Below, piece by piece: positions 1 through 9,644 of a DNA stretch of 64,000 bases. The stretch is from an uncultured Piscirickettsiaceae bacterium. Its GTDB lineage: Bacteria > Pseudomonadota > Gammaproteobacteria > GCF-002020875. Under the pieces are notes generated by a model. The model was not told where the DNA came from and did no database searches. It saw only the letters and a list, made by a program, of their open reading frames with translations. Made by a program: the position numbers and the translations under genes. Position 1 is the first letter of the stretch, and every line of letters starts with the position of its first letter. The stretch spans positions 442 to 64,441 of the forward strand of contig CAYFMF010000003.1 of NCBI GenBank assembly GCA_964344135.1, in the 5' to 3' direction.

Positions 1-2
1 TG

Positions 3-188
3 GCCACTGCAAACGGGATCCGGACGATCGCCTTCCCCTCCATCAGTACCGGCATCTATGGCTACCCGAAGAGAGAGGCCGCAGAGATTGCCCTCTCTGC
101 TTTCAGAGAAGAGGAAAACCGGGTTGAACGAATTGTTGCCTGCTGCTTCAACACCACCGATGCATCGATCTACAACAGCCTGTTATGA
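3..188 (+). CDS. Macro-domain protein (O-acetyl-ADP-ribose deacetylase-like); N-terminus lies outside the window
   Basis: Frame-3 translation ...[55 protein letters not shown] contains the macro-domain ISTGIYGYP core. Stop TGA at 186-188. Confidence 0.65.
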   Translation, partial: ATANGIRTIAFPSISTGIYGYPKREAAEIALSAFREEENRVERIVACCFNTTDASIYNSLL

Positions 189-191
189 GTA

Positions 192-216
192 AACAGGCGG
201 CGCTGCCTGTTTTTTA
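192..216 (+). terminator. Rho-independent terminator after the macro-domain gene
   Basis: aaacaggcggcgctgcctgtttttt: GC stem acaggc/gcctgt followed by a T-run. Confidence 0.5.
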
Positions 217-546
217 GGCAATCCGTAAACCCGGGATGATTGACTGACAGAATTCGTCGGGGATGGAGTTATCTACAATCTTATCCACAGCTACTGTGGA
301 GAACCCGATTTCCTTTTGTCAGGTTACAGTGTTATGAAATTTGACAAGAATCCAGATTAAATATATTCCATATCTATCTGTTTCATGGATGATCTGGAAC
401 AGGTTTTTTGATAAAGCTCAAGTTGATTCTAACTGATTGTTTTTCTGTCAATGGCCCCCTCTTTGGGGCGCGCACCAATTAGTTGAAACTAATATCCACA
501 AGAGCCCATTACTCTATAAGCAGATTCTGCAAGAGTATTATCCCCC

Positions 547-813
547 CTATCCGGTGGAAAAACCGGGGGCCACATCCAGCTCAATCTCCTCACCAGCCAC
601 GGCTGTAACCTCTGACCACTCTGGCCCTCTCCACAACCACAGCTCCAGCGCATCAAGTTGCTGCGCTGATCCAGCGGCAATCACCTCGACAGTTCCATCA
701 GGCAGGTTTCTGGCTGATCCACTCAGACCGAGCCGACGTGCCTGCTGCTGCGTGGACCCCCGGTAGTAGACCCCCTGCACCCGACCAGAGACAATCCAGC
801 GCCTGCAGCCCAC
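547..813 (-). CDS. acyP: Acylphosphatase
   Basis: 88 aa; VSGRVQGVYYRGSTQQ...GSARNLPDGTVEVIAAG matches the two acylphosphatase signature motifs (VxGxVQGVxFR and GxxxNxxDGxVE). Confidence 0.8.
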   Translation of the reverse strand: MGCRRWIVSGRVQGVYYRGSTQQQARRLGLSGSARNLPDGTVEVIAAGSAQQLDALELWLWRGPEWSEVTAVAGEEIELDVAPGFSTG

Positions 814-816
814 CAG

Positions 817-1341
817 CTACTCAACCCCCATCAGGATCAGCACAGGGGGGTGGTCGCGACTGGAAACCACTGCACCCGGGCTGGATCTCTGCTCCAGAAT
901 CACCCCGGCCATCGGCGCCCTCAGCACACTCTGCTCCAGATCGAGGGCCGCCTCGTCGCGATCTGCTCTGTATCGCTCAACCTGGGCACGGATTGTTGTC
1001 ACCCGGTGCCTCACGTCTCTCAGGCTCTTTTCTGATGTCACCATCCGTTCAAAGAGCTCCAGCTGATCGGCCAGCTCCTCTTCCGCCTGCTGCAGATTGG
1101 CCTCCACCTCCTGCAGCTCTGCCTCGGAACGGCGCAGTCGAATCCGGTAGCGGCGCGGATCCAGCCTGAGCAGCTCCTGCCCGGACTCCACACGATCCCC
1201 TGGCTGAACCATCACCTGCTCCACCACCCCGGAGACCGGAACCCCCAGGGCGATTGTGGCTGACGGCTCCTCCGCCTGGCCGGTAGCGATAACAAACATC
1301 ATCCCCAGAACAGCCCATCCCCTTCTACTCATGGATAACAA
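817..1341 (-). CDS. Truncated efflux periplasmic adaptor (membrane fusion protein). It has an N-terminal anchor, a split lipoyl domain and a coiled-coil hairpin, but lacks the beta-barrel and membrane-proximal domains
   Basis: 174 aa. GVPVSGVVEQVMVQPGDRVESGQELLRLD and LRAPMAGVILEQ are the lipoyl half-motifs, with a long coiled coil between them. It overlaps the upstream TolC-like gene by 17 bp. Typical adaptors are about 350-400 aa. Confidence 0.6.
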   Translation of the reverse strand: MLSMSRRGWAVLGMMFVIATGQAEEPSATIALGVPVSGVVEQVMVQPGDRVESGQELLRLDPRRYRIRLRRSEAELQEVEANLQQAEEELADQLELFERMVTSEKSLRDVRHRVTTIRAQVERYRADRDEAALDLEQSVLRAPMAGVILEQRSSPGAVVSSRDHPPVLILMGVE

Positions 1342-2614
1342 TCTCCTTTCCGATCAATTGGTCCAGTCTGGCCCTGGTCAGCATGGCTGCAAAACGGCTG
1401 CTGGCACTGCGTAGATGTGAGGCGGAGACCCCAACCAGGGCATCACCAAAATTGGACTGTCGCTCCAGCTCATAGAGTGCACGATTTCGATCCAGCTCGA
1501 TATCACTGAAGGCCTCGGCTACCTGGTCCGCCCTCCACTGCGCCTCCAGCGCATTCAACTCCAGATAGTACTGGGCCGCAAGCTCGCCCACATTGCGCCG
1601 TTCACTCTCCAGACGGATACGTGCAAGCCTCAGCTCCTCTCGGGCCGCCGCAACCTCGTGCCCCTTTGTTCCCCCATCCAGAAGCGGAACCTCCAGCAGC
1701 AGAGAGGCGCGCCAGCGGTCCCGTGTGCTGGTTACCCTGGAGTTGTCCAGCAGCTCAAATGCGGCATCCAGTTCGGGAATGCCCTCCATCTCCGCATGCT
1801 CCACCCGATTTTGTGCAATCCTGATCTGCTGCTCTGCCTGACCGATGCCCCAGTTTCCCTCCATGGCCTGCTGCTGGATCTGATCCAGCTGCCCAATCTC
1901 CTCAAGCAGCTGGGGAGGTGTTGCAGTTGGAGAGAGCAGCATCCCGGGGAGCTCGCCTGGCCGGTTCATCGCCTCCGCGAGACGGATGCGACTGAGGCGT
2001 TGCTCCAGTTCACTCTGCTTCTGTTTTGCACGTGCATCCTCAAATCTGGACTCCGCACGCAACAGATCCAGATCGGAGTATTCGCCTGTGATCTCCTTGT
2101 CCTCCATCTTCTTGAAGCGGAGATAGGCAATGGTCATCGCCTCGTCATCAACCGTTCGCTGAAGGTCGGCCAGCAGCACCTGGAAAAATCGCTCCATGAT
2201 CTGCAGCTTGCTCTCCTCCAGAAAATGGAGCTGCTCCTGCTGACGAAGCCCCAGCTCATCCCTGGCGATCTGCTCTTCAACTGCAGTGCGGCCGAAATCA
2301 TAGAGTGGCTTCTCCACAACCAGTGCGAGCTGGTGATCCCCAACCCGATCTCCGACATTCTGCTGTAGCGTCTTCCAGCGGATTCTCCCCTTCAGATCAA
2401 CCGTCATTGCCTGCGCGCTCTCTACCTCACCCAGCCTGATGCGGGCCAGCTCCGTCTGCCCCTGAAGGAGCTGTTGCCGAGGATGATCCTGCGATGCAAA
2501 GTGAAGCGCCTGCTGCAGGGTCAGGGGCTCCGGTATCGAAGCGTGCTCTGCGGCCTGCAGTGGCATCGGCAGCAGCGCCAGCAGCAGGGGGAGACGGCGG
2601 AGAGTGAACCTCAT
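1325..2614 (-). CDS. TolC-family outer-membrane efflux protein
   Basis: 429 aa with a signal peptide (LLLALLPMPLQAAE). Two repeated coiled-coil/beta halves typical of outer-membrane factor proteins. Operonic overlap with both neighbours. Confidence 0.75.
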   Translation of the reverse strand: MRFTLRRLPLLLALLPMPLQAAEHASIPEPLTLQQALHFASQDHPRQQLLQGQTELARIRLGEVESAQAMTVDLKGRIRWKTLQQNVGDRVGDHQLALVVEKPLYDFGRTAVEEQIARDELGLRQQEQLHFLEESKLQIMERFFQVLLADLQRTVDDEAMTIAYLRFKKMEDKEITGEYSDLDLLRAESRFEDARAKQKQSELEQRLSRIRLAEAMNRPGELPGMLLSPTATPPQLLEEIGQLDQIQQQAMEGNWGIGQAEQQIRIAQNRVEHAEMEGIPELDAAFELLDNSRVTSTRDRWRASLLLEVPLLDGGTKGHEVAAAREELRLARIRLESERRNVGELAAQYYLELNALEAQWRADQVAEAFSDIELDRNRALYELERQSNFGDALVGVSASHLRSASSRFAAMLTRARLDQLIGKEIVIHE

Positions 2615-3135
2615 CCTCCTCTTCTCGTCCGCTTGTATCGAGAGAAGGAGCTCTGCAGATACCGCTGCTCAACGGCATACCTGCCCAGCAGCAGAAACTC
2701 CTCCACACTGGATGCGGCACCGGTATAGCGAACCACCATAACACCATCCAGGTTGTAGAAGGCCATCATCGGTGTCGCCCGCGCCCGGTTGCGCTCGGCA
2801 AAATCCTTCTCTACTACCTCGTTGCCTGAAAAATCGACAATCTCGATCTCCCCCTTCACATTCACTGGAAAAATCCTGAAGTGTTCACGGTAATAGTCCT
2901 GTACCTCGCTGCGGTTGAGAATGGTCCCCTTCATGCGCGCACAGAATGGACAGTCATCCTCCTCAAAAAAGAGAAAGATCCCCTGCTTCCCCTCCTCTGC
3001 CGCAATCTCCAGCTCTTCAGAGTAATCATTAAAGGTGGAGTGGAAGAAGTGGTCATCCGGACCACGAATCTCTCCATGCGCCGGAATGGTCACACAGAAG
3101 AAGAGGCCCAGCAGAGCCATTGCAAAAAACCTCAT
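2611..3135 (-). CDS. Periplasmic thioredoxin-fold protein with a CxxC (CPFC) active site
   Basis: 174 aa. Signal peptide MRFFAMALLGLFFCVTIPAHG, FLFFEEDDCPFCARM redox motif. Overlaps the TolC-like gene by 4 bp. Confidence 0.6.
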   Translation of the reverse strand: MRFFAMALLGLFFCVTIPAHGEIRGPDDHFFHSTFNDYSEELEIAAEEGKQGIFLFFEEDDCPFCARMKGTILNRSEVQDYYREHFRIFPVNVKGEIEIVDFSGNEVVEKDFAERNRARATPMMAFYNLDGVMVVRYTGAASSVEEFLLLGRYAVEQRYLQSSFSRYKRTRRGG

Positions 3136-3234
3136 AACACCCCCCTGATCGATCGTCTGTTCTTCTTGTTATGATCCCCCAGCGGCCACTTTCATCCATG
3201 GTTGAGGCCCCTCTTCAGTGGTAGGATACCGCCC

Positions 3235-4752
3235 ATGACGACGATCCAACAAGAAGATTTTATCTCCAGCATCGCTGATGCACTGCAGTTTATCTCCTAC
3301 TACCATCCAACCGATTTCATCCAGGCGATGGGAGAGGCCTGGGAGCGTGAACAGTCCCCTGCAGCCAGGGATGCGATTGCGCAGATCCTGATGAACTCAC
3401 GGATGTCCGCCCTCGGAAAGCGACCGATCTGTCAGGACACCGGCATTGTTGTTGCCTTCATCAAGGTTGGAATGGATGTGCAGTGGGAGGCCACCATGAG
3501 TCTGCAGGAGATGGTCAACGAGGGGGTTCGCCGTGCCTACACTGATCCCGAGAATACGCTGCGCGCCTCGGTACTGGCAGATCCTGCCGGAAGCCGGACC
3601 AACACCGGGGACAACACCCCGGCCGTCGTGCACATGGAGATCATCCCCGGAGACCAGGTCGAGGTCGCACTTGCGGCCAAGGGGGGAGGCTCCGAGAACA
3701 AGTCCAGGTTCGCCAACCTCTCCCCCTCGGCCAACGTCGCCGACTGGGTGGTCGAACAGATTCCCTCCATGGGTGCCGGCTGGTGCCCGCCCGGCATACT
3801 TGGAATCGGTATTGGCGGCACTGCCGAGAAGTCGATGCTGATGGCGAAGGAATCCTTGATGGAGCCGGTTGATATCCACCAACTCATCGAACGCGGCCCC
3901 TCCAGTCGTGCCGAGGAGCTCCGTCTGGAGATCTTCGATCGAGTCAATGGGTTGGGGATTGGTGCGCAGGGGCTTGGGGGGGTGACAACCGTACTCGATG
4001 TCAAGGTCATGGACTACCCGACCCATGCAGCATCACTGCCGGTCAGTCTGATCCCCAACTGTGTTGCCACCCGACACGCCCATTTCCATCTCGATGGAAG
4101 CGGAGCAGCAACACTCACGCCACCCGTTCTCGAGGATTGGCCCGATATCGAATGGGAGCCGAGCGCCGAAACCCGCCGTGTCAATCTCGACTCCATCTCC
4201 CCCGAGCAGATTCAGGAGTGGAAACCGGGAGAGACACTCCTCCTCTCTGGAAGGATTCTCACCGGGCGGGATGCAGCTCACAAGCGAATTTCCGACCTGC
4301 TTGAGAATGGAGAGGGACTTCCGGAAGGGGTCGATTTCACCAACCGCTTTATCTACTATGTTGGACCGGTCGACCCCGTAGATGATGAGGTGGTTGGCCC
4401 CGCCGGCCCCACAACCTCCACCCGCATGGACCCCTTCACCGACATGATGCTGGAGAAGACCGGACTGCTGGGAATGATTGGCAAGGCAGAACGGGGGGCA
4501 GCAACCATTGAGTCTATCAAGAACCACCGCTCGGTCTATCTGATCGCTGTGGGAGGAGCGGCCTACCTGGTGGCACAGGCGGTCCGCAAATCACGCATTG
4601 TCGCCTTCGAGGATCTTGGAATGGAGGCGATCTACGAATTTGAGGTGAGGGATATGCCGGTGACCGTTGCGGTCGACAGCCACGGAGACTCCGTCCACAA
4701 GAGTGGACCGGAGCAGTGGAGGATCAGAATTGAGGAGATGAAGGCTGGATAG
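3235..4752 (+). CDS. Class I (Fe-S dependent) fumarate hydratase
   Basis: About 506 aa from MTTIQQEDF. Catalytic and swivel regions (CQDTGI, GGGSENKS, GIGIGGTAEK) are conserved as in FumA/FumB. The ORF track starts 33 nt upstream at 3202. Confidence 0.85.
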   Translation: MTTIQQEDFISSIADALQFISYYHPTDFIQAMGEAWEREQSPAARDAIAQILMNSRMSALGKRPICQDTGIVVAFIKVGMDVQWEATMSLQEMVNEGVRRAYTDPENTLRASVLADPAGSRTNTGDNTPAVVHMEIIPGDQVEVALAAKGGGSENKSRFANLSPSANVADWVVEQIPSMGAGWCPPGILGIGIGGTAEKSMLMAKESLMEPVDIHQLIERGPSSRAEELRLEIFDRVNGLGIGAQGLGGVTTVLDVKVMDYPTHAASLPVSLIPNCVATRHAHFHLDGSGAATLTPPVLEDWPDIEWEPSAETRRVNLDSISPEQIQEWKPGETLLLSGRILTGRDAAHKRISDLLENGEGLPEGVDFTNRFIYYVGPVDPVDDEVVGPAGPTTSTRMDPFTDMMLEKTGLLGMIGKAERGAATIESIKNHRSVYLIAVGGAAYLVAQAVRKSRIVAFEDLGMEAIYEFEVRDMPVTVAVDSHGDSVHKSGPEQWRIRIEEMKAG

Positions 4753-4782
4753 GCTCCTAGCCCTTATCAGCACCCTCTCGAA

Positions 4783-5325
4783 TCAGTGCCCCTCACCCTT
4801 GTGGGAGAGATAGAGGGCCAGCCCGATCAGGGCGATGCCACCCGCCATATAGAGCAGATCCAGTGGTGTCCCAAAGTGCATGGATACCGTGTGCTCGAAG
4901 AACTTGACGATCAGGATCATCAGAATCACCTTGGCCAGCCGCGCCTTGAGATCATCCAGGCTCTTGATCAAGAGGATATTGGATGAGGTCTCTGCCCCCT
5001 CTGCGGCACCAATCTCGCTGATAAAGAGCTCATAGAGACCGAGGGAAAAAATCAGCAGCACCGTGGCCAGCAGGTATCCATCCACAATCTCCACAATGTG
5101 AGTCACCGTCTCTGCATGGAGCGCGGTCCGCACCGCCGCCTCCATCGCCGGATCTGCATAATCGACAAGATGGGCAACCATGTAGAAGGCATCCACGGTT
5201 GCCATATAGAACATGGCCAGTGATGCCAGCAGGCTGGAGATCACGGCCGTCAGGACAACCAGACGACTGCTCCAGAGAAAGTTTTCAAACAGTGTTTCCA
5301 GTGATTTCATCGAGATCCGTTCCAA
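4783..5325 (-). CDS. yqhA: YqhA-family (UPF0114) inner-membrane protein
   Basis: 180 aa, multi-TM, typical YqhA length and hydropathy layout. Confidence 0.7.
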   Translation of the reverse strand: MERISMKSLETLFENFLWSSRLVVLTAVISSLLASLAMFYMATVDAFYMVAHLVDYADPAMEAAVRTALHAETVTHIVEIVDGYLLATVLLIFSLGLYELFISEIGAAEGAETSSNILLIKSLDDLKARLAKVILMILIVKFFEHTVSMHFGTPLDLLYMAGGIALIGLALYLSHKGEGH

Positions 5326-5369
5326 AATTTGAGATTTCCATATATTCTACTATTTTTCGAGTTTTTGCC

Positions 5370-5750
5370 ATGTTGAATTCAAAACAGCAACGCCTCCGTG
5401 CAACCGCCCTTGTCAGCTACTTCTCGCTGATAACCTTCCTCCTGCTCTGGATCACCTGGCTCGCCCCCTCTCGCCACTTTCCAACCGCAATGGTACTGGT
5501 CGTGATGGTGGTTCCACTGCTGTTTCCACTACGAGGCATCCTCCATGGGCGCGCCTATACCCATGCCTGGACCGGGTTTCTCGCCCTCCTCTATCTGATC
5601 CACGGGATTAGTGATCTTTTTGCCAACCCGTCAGAGCGGATCTATGGTGCGATCGAAATTGTGCTGAGCCTGGCGCTCTTCTTCAGCTGCGCCTTCTATG
5701 CACGAACTGCCGGAGGCCGGGAGAGAGGGGGCCAGTCAGAGGGAGAGTAA
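5370..5750 (+). CDS. Small integral membrane protein (DUF2069-like)
   Basis: About 126 aa from the ATG at 5370 (MLNSKQQRLRATALVSYFSLITF...) with four hydrophobic helices. The longer track ORF (5199) overlaps yqhA and is unlikely. Confidence 0.45.
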   Translation: MLNSKQQRLRATALVSYFSLITFLLLWITWLAPSRHFPTAMVLVVMVVPLLFPLRGILHGRAYTHAWTGFLALLYLIHGISDLFANPSERIYGAIEIVLSLALFFSCAFYARTAGGRERGGQSEGE

Positions 5751-6431
5751 CTCCTTTACAAACGGGATTGTCAACCGGCGCTGGGCAATCAGGGTCTGCT
5801 GATCCAGCTTATCCAGCAGGGCAAAGAGCGCATGAAAATCACGCGCAGTACGGTTCATCAGAAAGGCGGCCACCTCGTCACTGATCACCATCCCCCGCTC
5901 CTCGGCCCGCTGCCTCAGTACCTGCCACTTCTCTCGGTCCTCCAGTGGAGCGAGGTGTTCCACAACCCCCTCACCCAGCCGGGAACGGAGATCCGGCAGC
6001 TGAATGGCCATTGCGGAGAGTGGAAGCTGCCCAGTGATGACTACTCGATGACCGATATCACGCATGCGGTTCAGGAGGTGGAACAGCGCCTCCTCCCACG
6101 CCGCATCACCAACGACTGCATTCAGGTCATCCAGTGCGACCAGGGCGTGGCGTTCAACCCCCTCAAACATCTCCACCCCCTCTCTCCTGAGGGCTGCCAG
6201 CGGGAGCACGATCGCCTGCCCCGGCGCACTCCGATCCAGGGCGTTGCAGGCAGCATGGAGCAGGTGGCTCTTTCCTGCCCCCTCCGCCCCCCAGAGATAG
6301 AGCAGGTGTGGGCCCACCCCTCTGCCAATCTCTTCCAGCACCGCCAGATGGGAACGGTCAGAGAGACCGTGGAAGTTTTCGAATGTGGCCCGTTCCGGAA
6401 GTGAGAGGGAGAGCGGAATCTGCTCACCCAT
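5736..6431 (-). CDS. hda: DnaA regulatory inactivator Hda
   Basis: Walker A GAEGAGKSHLLHA, DnaA-like AAA+ fold, about 231 aa from MGEQIPLSLSLPERATFENF (typical Hda N-terminus). Confidence 0.8.
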   Translation of the reverse strand: MGEQIPLSLSLPERATFENFHGLSDRSHLAVLEEIGRGVGPHLLYLWGAEGAGKSHLLHAACNALDRSAPGQAIVLPLAALRREGVEMFEGVERHALVALDDLNAVVGDAAWEEALFHLLNRMRDIGHRVVITGQLPLSAMAIQLPDLRSRLGEGVVEHLAPLEDREKWQVLRQRAEERGMVISDEVAAFLMNRTARDFHALFALLDKLDQQTLIAQRRLTIPFVKELLSL

Positions 6432-6978
6432 GGCGCTGCTCCCGATAGGCACACCAGCCCCAGGTCCAGACATAGTCGGCACCACTCAGCACGGTTGTGG
6501 TCAGCACCACATAGGCCGACATTGTGATCACCTCCTGACCGACCCAGCCGAAGGCCTGATTCATGACCACACCTAATACATAAGATATCTGAACAAATGT
6601 ATTGATTTTACTGACAATACTTGGAGCCATGTCATATTGGCCCACGGTATAGTGATAGACGGTTCCCCCCGCCACAATCAGCAGATCCCGAACCACAATC
6701 ACCAACACCAGCCAGACAGGAATCAGCCCCAGCCAGGCCAGCATGACGGTTGTAGAGACCAGCAGAAGCTTGTCTGCGAGAGGATCGAGAATGGATCCGA
6801 GACGGCTCTCCCACCCCATCCGCTTGGCCAGAAATCCATCCAGCCCATCACTCATCCCGGCAAATGCAAAAAGGTAGAGCGACTCCAGAAAGAACCCATT
6901 GGCCAGCAGCCAGACGATGGGGATGACCAGCACTATCCGCAACATGGTGATGAGATTTGGAATATCGCGTCGATCCAT
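6424..6978 (-). CDS. pgsA: CDP-diacylglycerol--glycerol-3-phosphate 3-phosphatidyltransferase
   Basis: 184 aa. CDP-alcohol phosphatidyltransferase motif DGLDGFLAKR...GSILDPLADK. Confidence 0.8.
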   Translation of the reverse strand: MDRRDIPNLITMLRIVLVIPIVWLLANGFFLESLYLFAFAGMSDGLDGFLAKRMGWESRLGSILDPLADKLLLVSTTVMLAWLGLIPVWLVLVIVVRDLLIVAGGTVYHYTVGQYDMAPSIVSKINTFVQISYVLGVVMNQAFGWVGQEVITMSAYVVLTTTVLSGADYVWTWGWCAYREQRHG

Positions 6979-7032
6979 AATCCGGTAGAATACGTGCTTT
7001 CAAATCCGTGGTCTAACAAAGATCGATAAAAC

Positions 7033-8079
7033 TTGATAATGAGTTCGAAAAAATCTCTAAGCTATAGTGATGCAGGTGTTGATATCGATGCCGGCAACGA
7101 CCTGATTGAACAGATCAAGCCCCTGGCGGCACGGACCAGACGCCCCGGCGTGATGGCCGGACTTGGCGGATTTGGTGCCCTGTTCGAGATCCCCCTCGAC
7201 CGCTACAAGAATCCGCTGCTGGTATCGGGAACGGATGGCGTTGGAACCAAGCTTCGGCTGGCGATGCAGCTGGAGAAGCATGACACTATCGGCATCGACC
7301 TGGTTGCGATGTGTGTCAATGACCTGATTGTGCAGGGTGCAGAGCCCCTCTTCTTTCTCGACTACTACGCCACCGGAAAGCTGGACAACGGGACCGCCGT
7401 CTCTGTAGTGGACGGGATTGCAACCGGCTGCGAGCAGGCAGGAGCTGCACTGATCGGTGGTGAGACGGCAGAGATGCCAGGAATGTACAGCGAGGGGGAT
7501 TATGACCTTGCCGGCTTCAGTGTTGGCATCGTCGAGAAGAGTGAGGTGATCGATGGCACCAGGGTATCGGCTGGTGACGTACTCATTGGCATGGCCTCTT
7601 CCGGCCCCCACTCCAACGGCTACTCCCTGATTCGCAAGATTCTTGAGGTCTCTGGAGCCGACATCCAGGGTGACCTCGAGGGCAGCCCACTCGGCGAGCA
7701 GCTTCTGGAGCCGACAAGAATTTACGTCAAGCCACTGCTGGAGCTGATGAGGCAACTCCCTGTCCACGCACTGGCCCACATCACCGGCGGCGGACTGACC
7801 GAAAATCTGCCCCGCGTACTCCCCCACCACACCACGGCCGCAATCGACAACAGCTCCTGGGAGTGGCCCGCCGTATTCCGCTGGCTACAGCAACAGGGCA
7901 ATGTCGAGGAGTCGGAGATGGTCCGCACCTTCAACTGTGGTGTCGGGATGGTGGTTGTGGTCTCTGCAGAGAATGCAGAGCGTACGATTGAGATACTGGA
8001 TGGAGCAGGCGAAGAGGCCTGGGTGCTTGGCACCATTACCGCCTCTGGGGATGAGACGCCCTCCGTCTCCTTCCATTAA
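7033..8079 (+). CDS. purM: Phosphoribosylformylglycinamidine cyclo-ligase
   Basis: 348 aa. [12 protein letters not shown]...[10 protein letters not shown] conserved PurM N-terminus. Confidence 0.9.
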   Translation: MIMSSKKSLSYSDAGVDIDAGNDLIEQIKPLAARTRRPGVMAGLGGFGALFEIPLDRYKNPLLVSGTDGVGTKLRLAMQLEKHDTIGIDLVAMCVNDLIVQGAEPLFFLDYYATGKLDNGTAVSVVDGIATGCEQAGAALIGGETAEMPGMYSEGDYDLAGFSVGIVEKSEVIDGTRVSAGDVLIGMASSGPHSNGYSLIRKILEVSGADIQGDLEGSPLGEQLLEPTRIYVKPLLELMRQLPVHALAHITGGGLTENLPRVLPHHTTAAIDNSSWEWPAVFRWLQQQGNVEESEMVRTFNCGVGMVVVVSAENAERTIEILDGAGEEAWVLGTITASGDETPSVSFH

Positions 8080-8108
8080 TCGCATCCAGCCATCCCCCTG
8101 ATCCAGCT

Positions 8109-8798
8109 GTGACCACTGCAGCCCCATCTCCACAACCCATCACCATCGTAGTACTGATCTCCGGGCGGGGCAGCAACCTGCAGGCCCTGATCCACGCACA
8201 ACAGAAGCAACAGCTCAATGTCCGGTTTGGGGCCGTGATCAGCAACCGCCCGGACGCTCTGGGACTCCGGTTTGCCGAGAAGAGCGGCATCACCACCAAG
8301 GTAGTCGACCACACCCGCTTTGAGGGGCGCGAGGCCTATGACCAGGCACTGATTGAGGCAGTCGACCAGTACCAGCCGGATCTGGTGGTACTGGCTGGGT
8401 TCATGCGCATCCTTACCATTCCATTCGTACACCACTACCATGGCCGACTGATCAACATCCACCCCTCCCTGCTGCCCCTCCACAGAGGACTCCATACCCA
8501 TCAGCAGGCACTGGATGCAGGTGATGATGAGCACGGGGCCAGTGTCCACTTTGTGACCGAGGAGCTGGATGGCGGACCGGTCTTTATTCAGATCCGGGTC
8601 CCTGTTCTGGAGAGCGATAGTGCAGAGAGCCTGGCGGACCGTGTGCTCCAGCAGGAGCACCGCCTCTACCCGGAGGCTGTGCAGCTGATTGCCGATGGAC
8701 GGATCAGACTGGTTGACGACACCCTGCTCTTCGACCAAACTCCACTCAATGAGCCACTTCAACTGGACAGCCCCAACTGGGAGGCTGTCCGAGAATAG
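8109..8798 (+). CDS. purN: Phosphoribosylglycinamide formyltransferase
   Basis: IVVLISGRGSNLQALI, HPSLLP motifs. Follows purM as in the canonical purMN operon. Confidence 0.85.
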   Translation: MTTAAPSPQPITIVVLISGRGSNLQALIHAQQKQQLNVRFGAVISNRPDALGLRFAEKSGITTKVVDHTRFEGREAYDQALIEAVDQYQPDLVVLAGFMRILTIPFVHHYHGRLINIHPSLLPLHRGLHTHQQALDAGDDEHGASVHFVTEELDGGPVFIQIRVPVLESDSAESLADRVLQQEHRLYPEAVQLIADGRIRLVDDTLLFDQTPLNEPLQLDSPNWEAVRE

Positions 8799-8831
8799 AA
8801 ACCGTAGCGAAAATTACAGAGAGGCCATAAG

Positions 8832-9644
8832 GTGAGCTTAATGAATGAGGCGAATATTGGGCTATATTTAACGAGTTCAATAAGCTCAGATTATGGTCTA
8901 TCTGGGATTTGCAGTAGGTTCTCTATTCTCGGACAGCCTTCCAGGGCCCTGCTGCTTGCCACCACGCTCCTCTCGGGAGTGGCAGAGGCGCTTCCCGAAT
9001 CCTTCCATGCCCAATACAGCCTTAGCGGCAAGGGGATGACGCTGGGAGAGACCACCTACAACCTCAGCCCGATTCCCGAGAAGAAGAGGGAGCGCTTCAC
9101 CATCCATACCGAACCAACAGGGCTGGCCAGACTTCTTGTCAAGAAAGTCATCGACGAGGAGTCAATCTGGGAGTGGAATAGTGGTCTCATCCGCCCACTG
9201 CAGTACCACTACCGACAGAGCGGAAAACGGGAAAAGGAGCGCGCTCGACAGTTCGACTGGGAGAGAGGCGTCGTCACCCTTATGGACAACAGTGAGCCTG
9301 GAGCACTCGACCAGCTACAGCCCAATACCGTGGATGAGGCCCTCTTTCTGATTGCACTGATGCATGATCTGGAACAGGGCAGAGAGAGTATCAGCTACCG
9401 CGTTGCCAGGCGCGGCGGATGGTCTGACTACCGATTCACCATCGGGGAGCGCAAAACAGTCACGGTTCCGGCAGGAGAGTTTTCGACAATCCACATCAGC
9501 CGGCAGAAGGAGGGAAAGAGAACCTTCGAGCTCTGGAGCGCCCCTGCCCTGGGCTATCTTCCAGTACAGGTCGAGTACCGGGAGAAGGATGGAACACTGT
9601 TTCGCCTCCAGCTGAAAAAGAGCTCGATTCAGCCATCCTCCTGA
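8832..9644 (+). CDS. DUF3108-like secreted protein; start codon uncertain
   Basis: 270 aa. Hydrophobic leader ALLLATTLLSGVAEA. Position downstream of purN is typical for DUF3108 proteins in gammaproteobacteria. Confidence 0.55.
   Translation: MSLMNEANIGLYLTSSISSDYGLSGICSRFSILGQPSRALLLATTLLSGVAEALPESFHAQYSLSGKGMTLGETTYNLSPIPEKKRERFTIHTEPTGLARLLVKKVIDEESIWEWNSGLIRPLQYHYRQSGKREKERARQFDWERGVVTLMDNSEPGALDQLQPNTVDEALFLIALMHDLEQGRESISYRVARRGGWSDYRFTIGERKTVTVPAGEFSTIHISRQKEGKRTFELWSAPALGYLPVQVEYREKDGTLFRLQLKKSSIQPSS

Noticed and set aside
344-375. Perfect TTGACA hexamer followed 15-16 nt later by a tatatt/aaatat -10-like sequence in the 190-546 intergenic region (+ strand)
   Set aside because: Spacing is suboptimal, and there is no downstream + strand gene or terminator that would define a transcript. 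It may be a cryptic or divergent promoter element for the minus-strand acyP operon region.
437-1169. ORFs 437..766(+) and 738..1169(+) upstream of and overlapping the acylphosphatase and adaptor genes
   Set aside because: They overlap the acylphosphatase and adaptor genes on the opposite strand, have Ser/Pro/Ala-rich composition typical of wrong-frame translation in GC-rich DNA, and lack motifs.
7057-7830. Long antisense or alternative-frame ORFs inside well-supported genes. Examples: 7057..7830(-) in purM, 12520..13230(-) in metG, 14387..15775(-) across rnfB/C, 21505..22518(+) in secD, 40226..41356(+) in the SBP gene, 43681..44922(+) in ppiD, 51614..53404(-) in acs, 35668..37389(+) in the ABC ATPase gene.
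   Set aside because: High-GC genomes produce long stop-free antisense frames. Each overlaps a gene with strong, motif-level homology on the other strand, and none shows recognisable domains.
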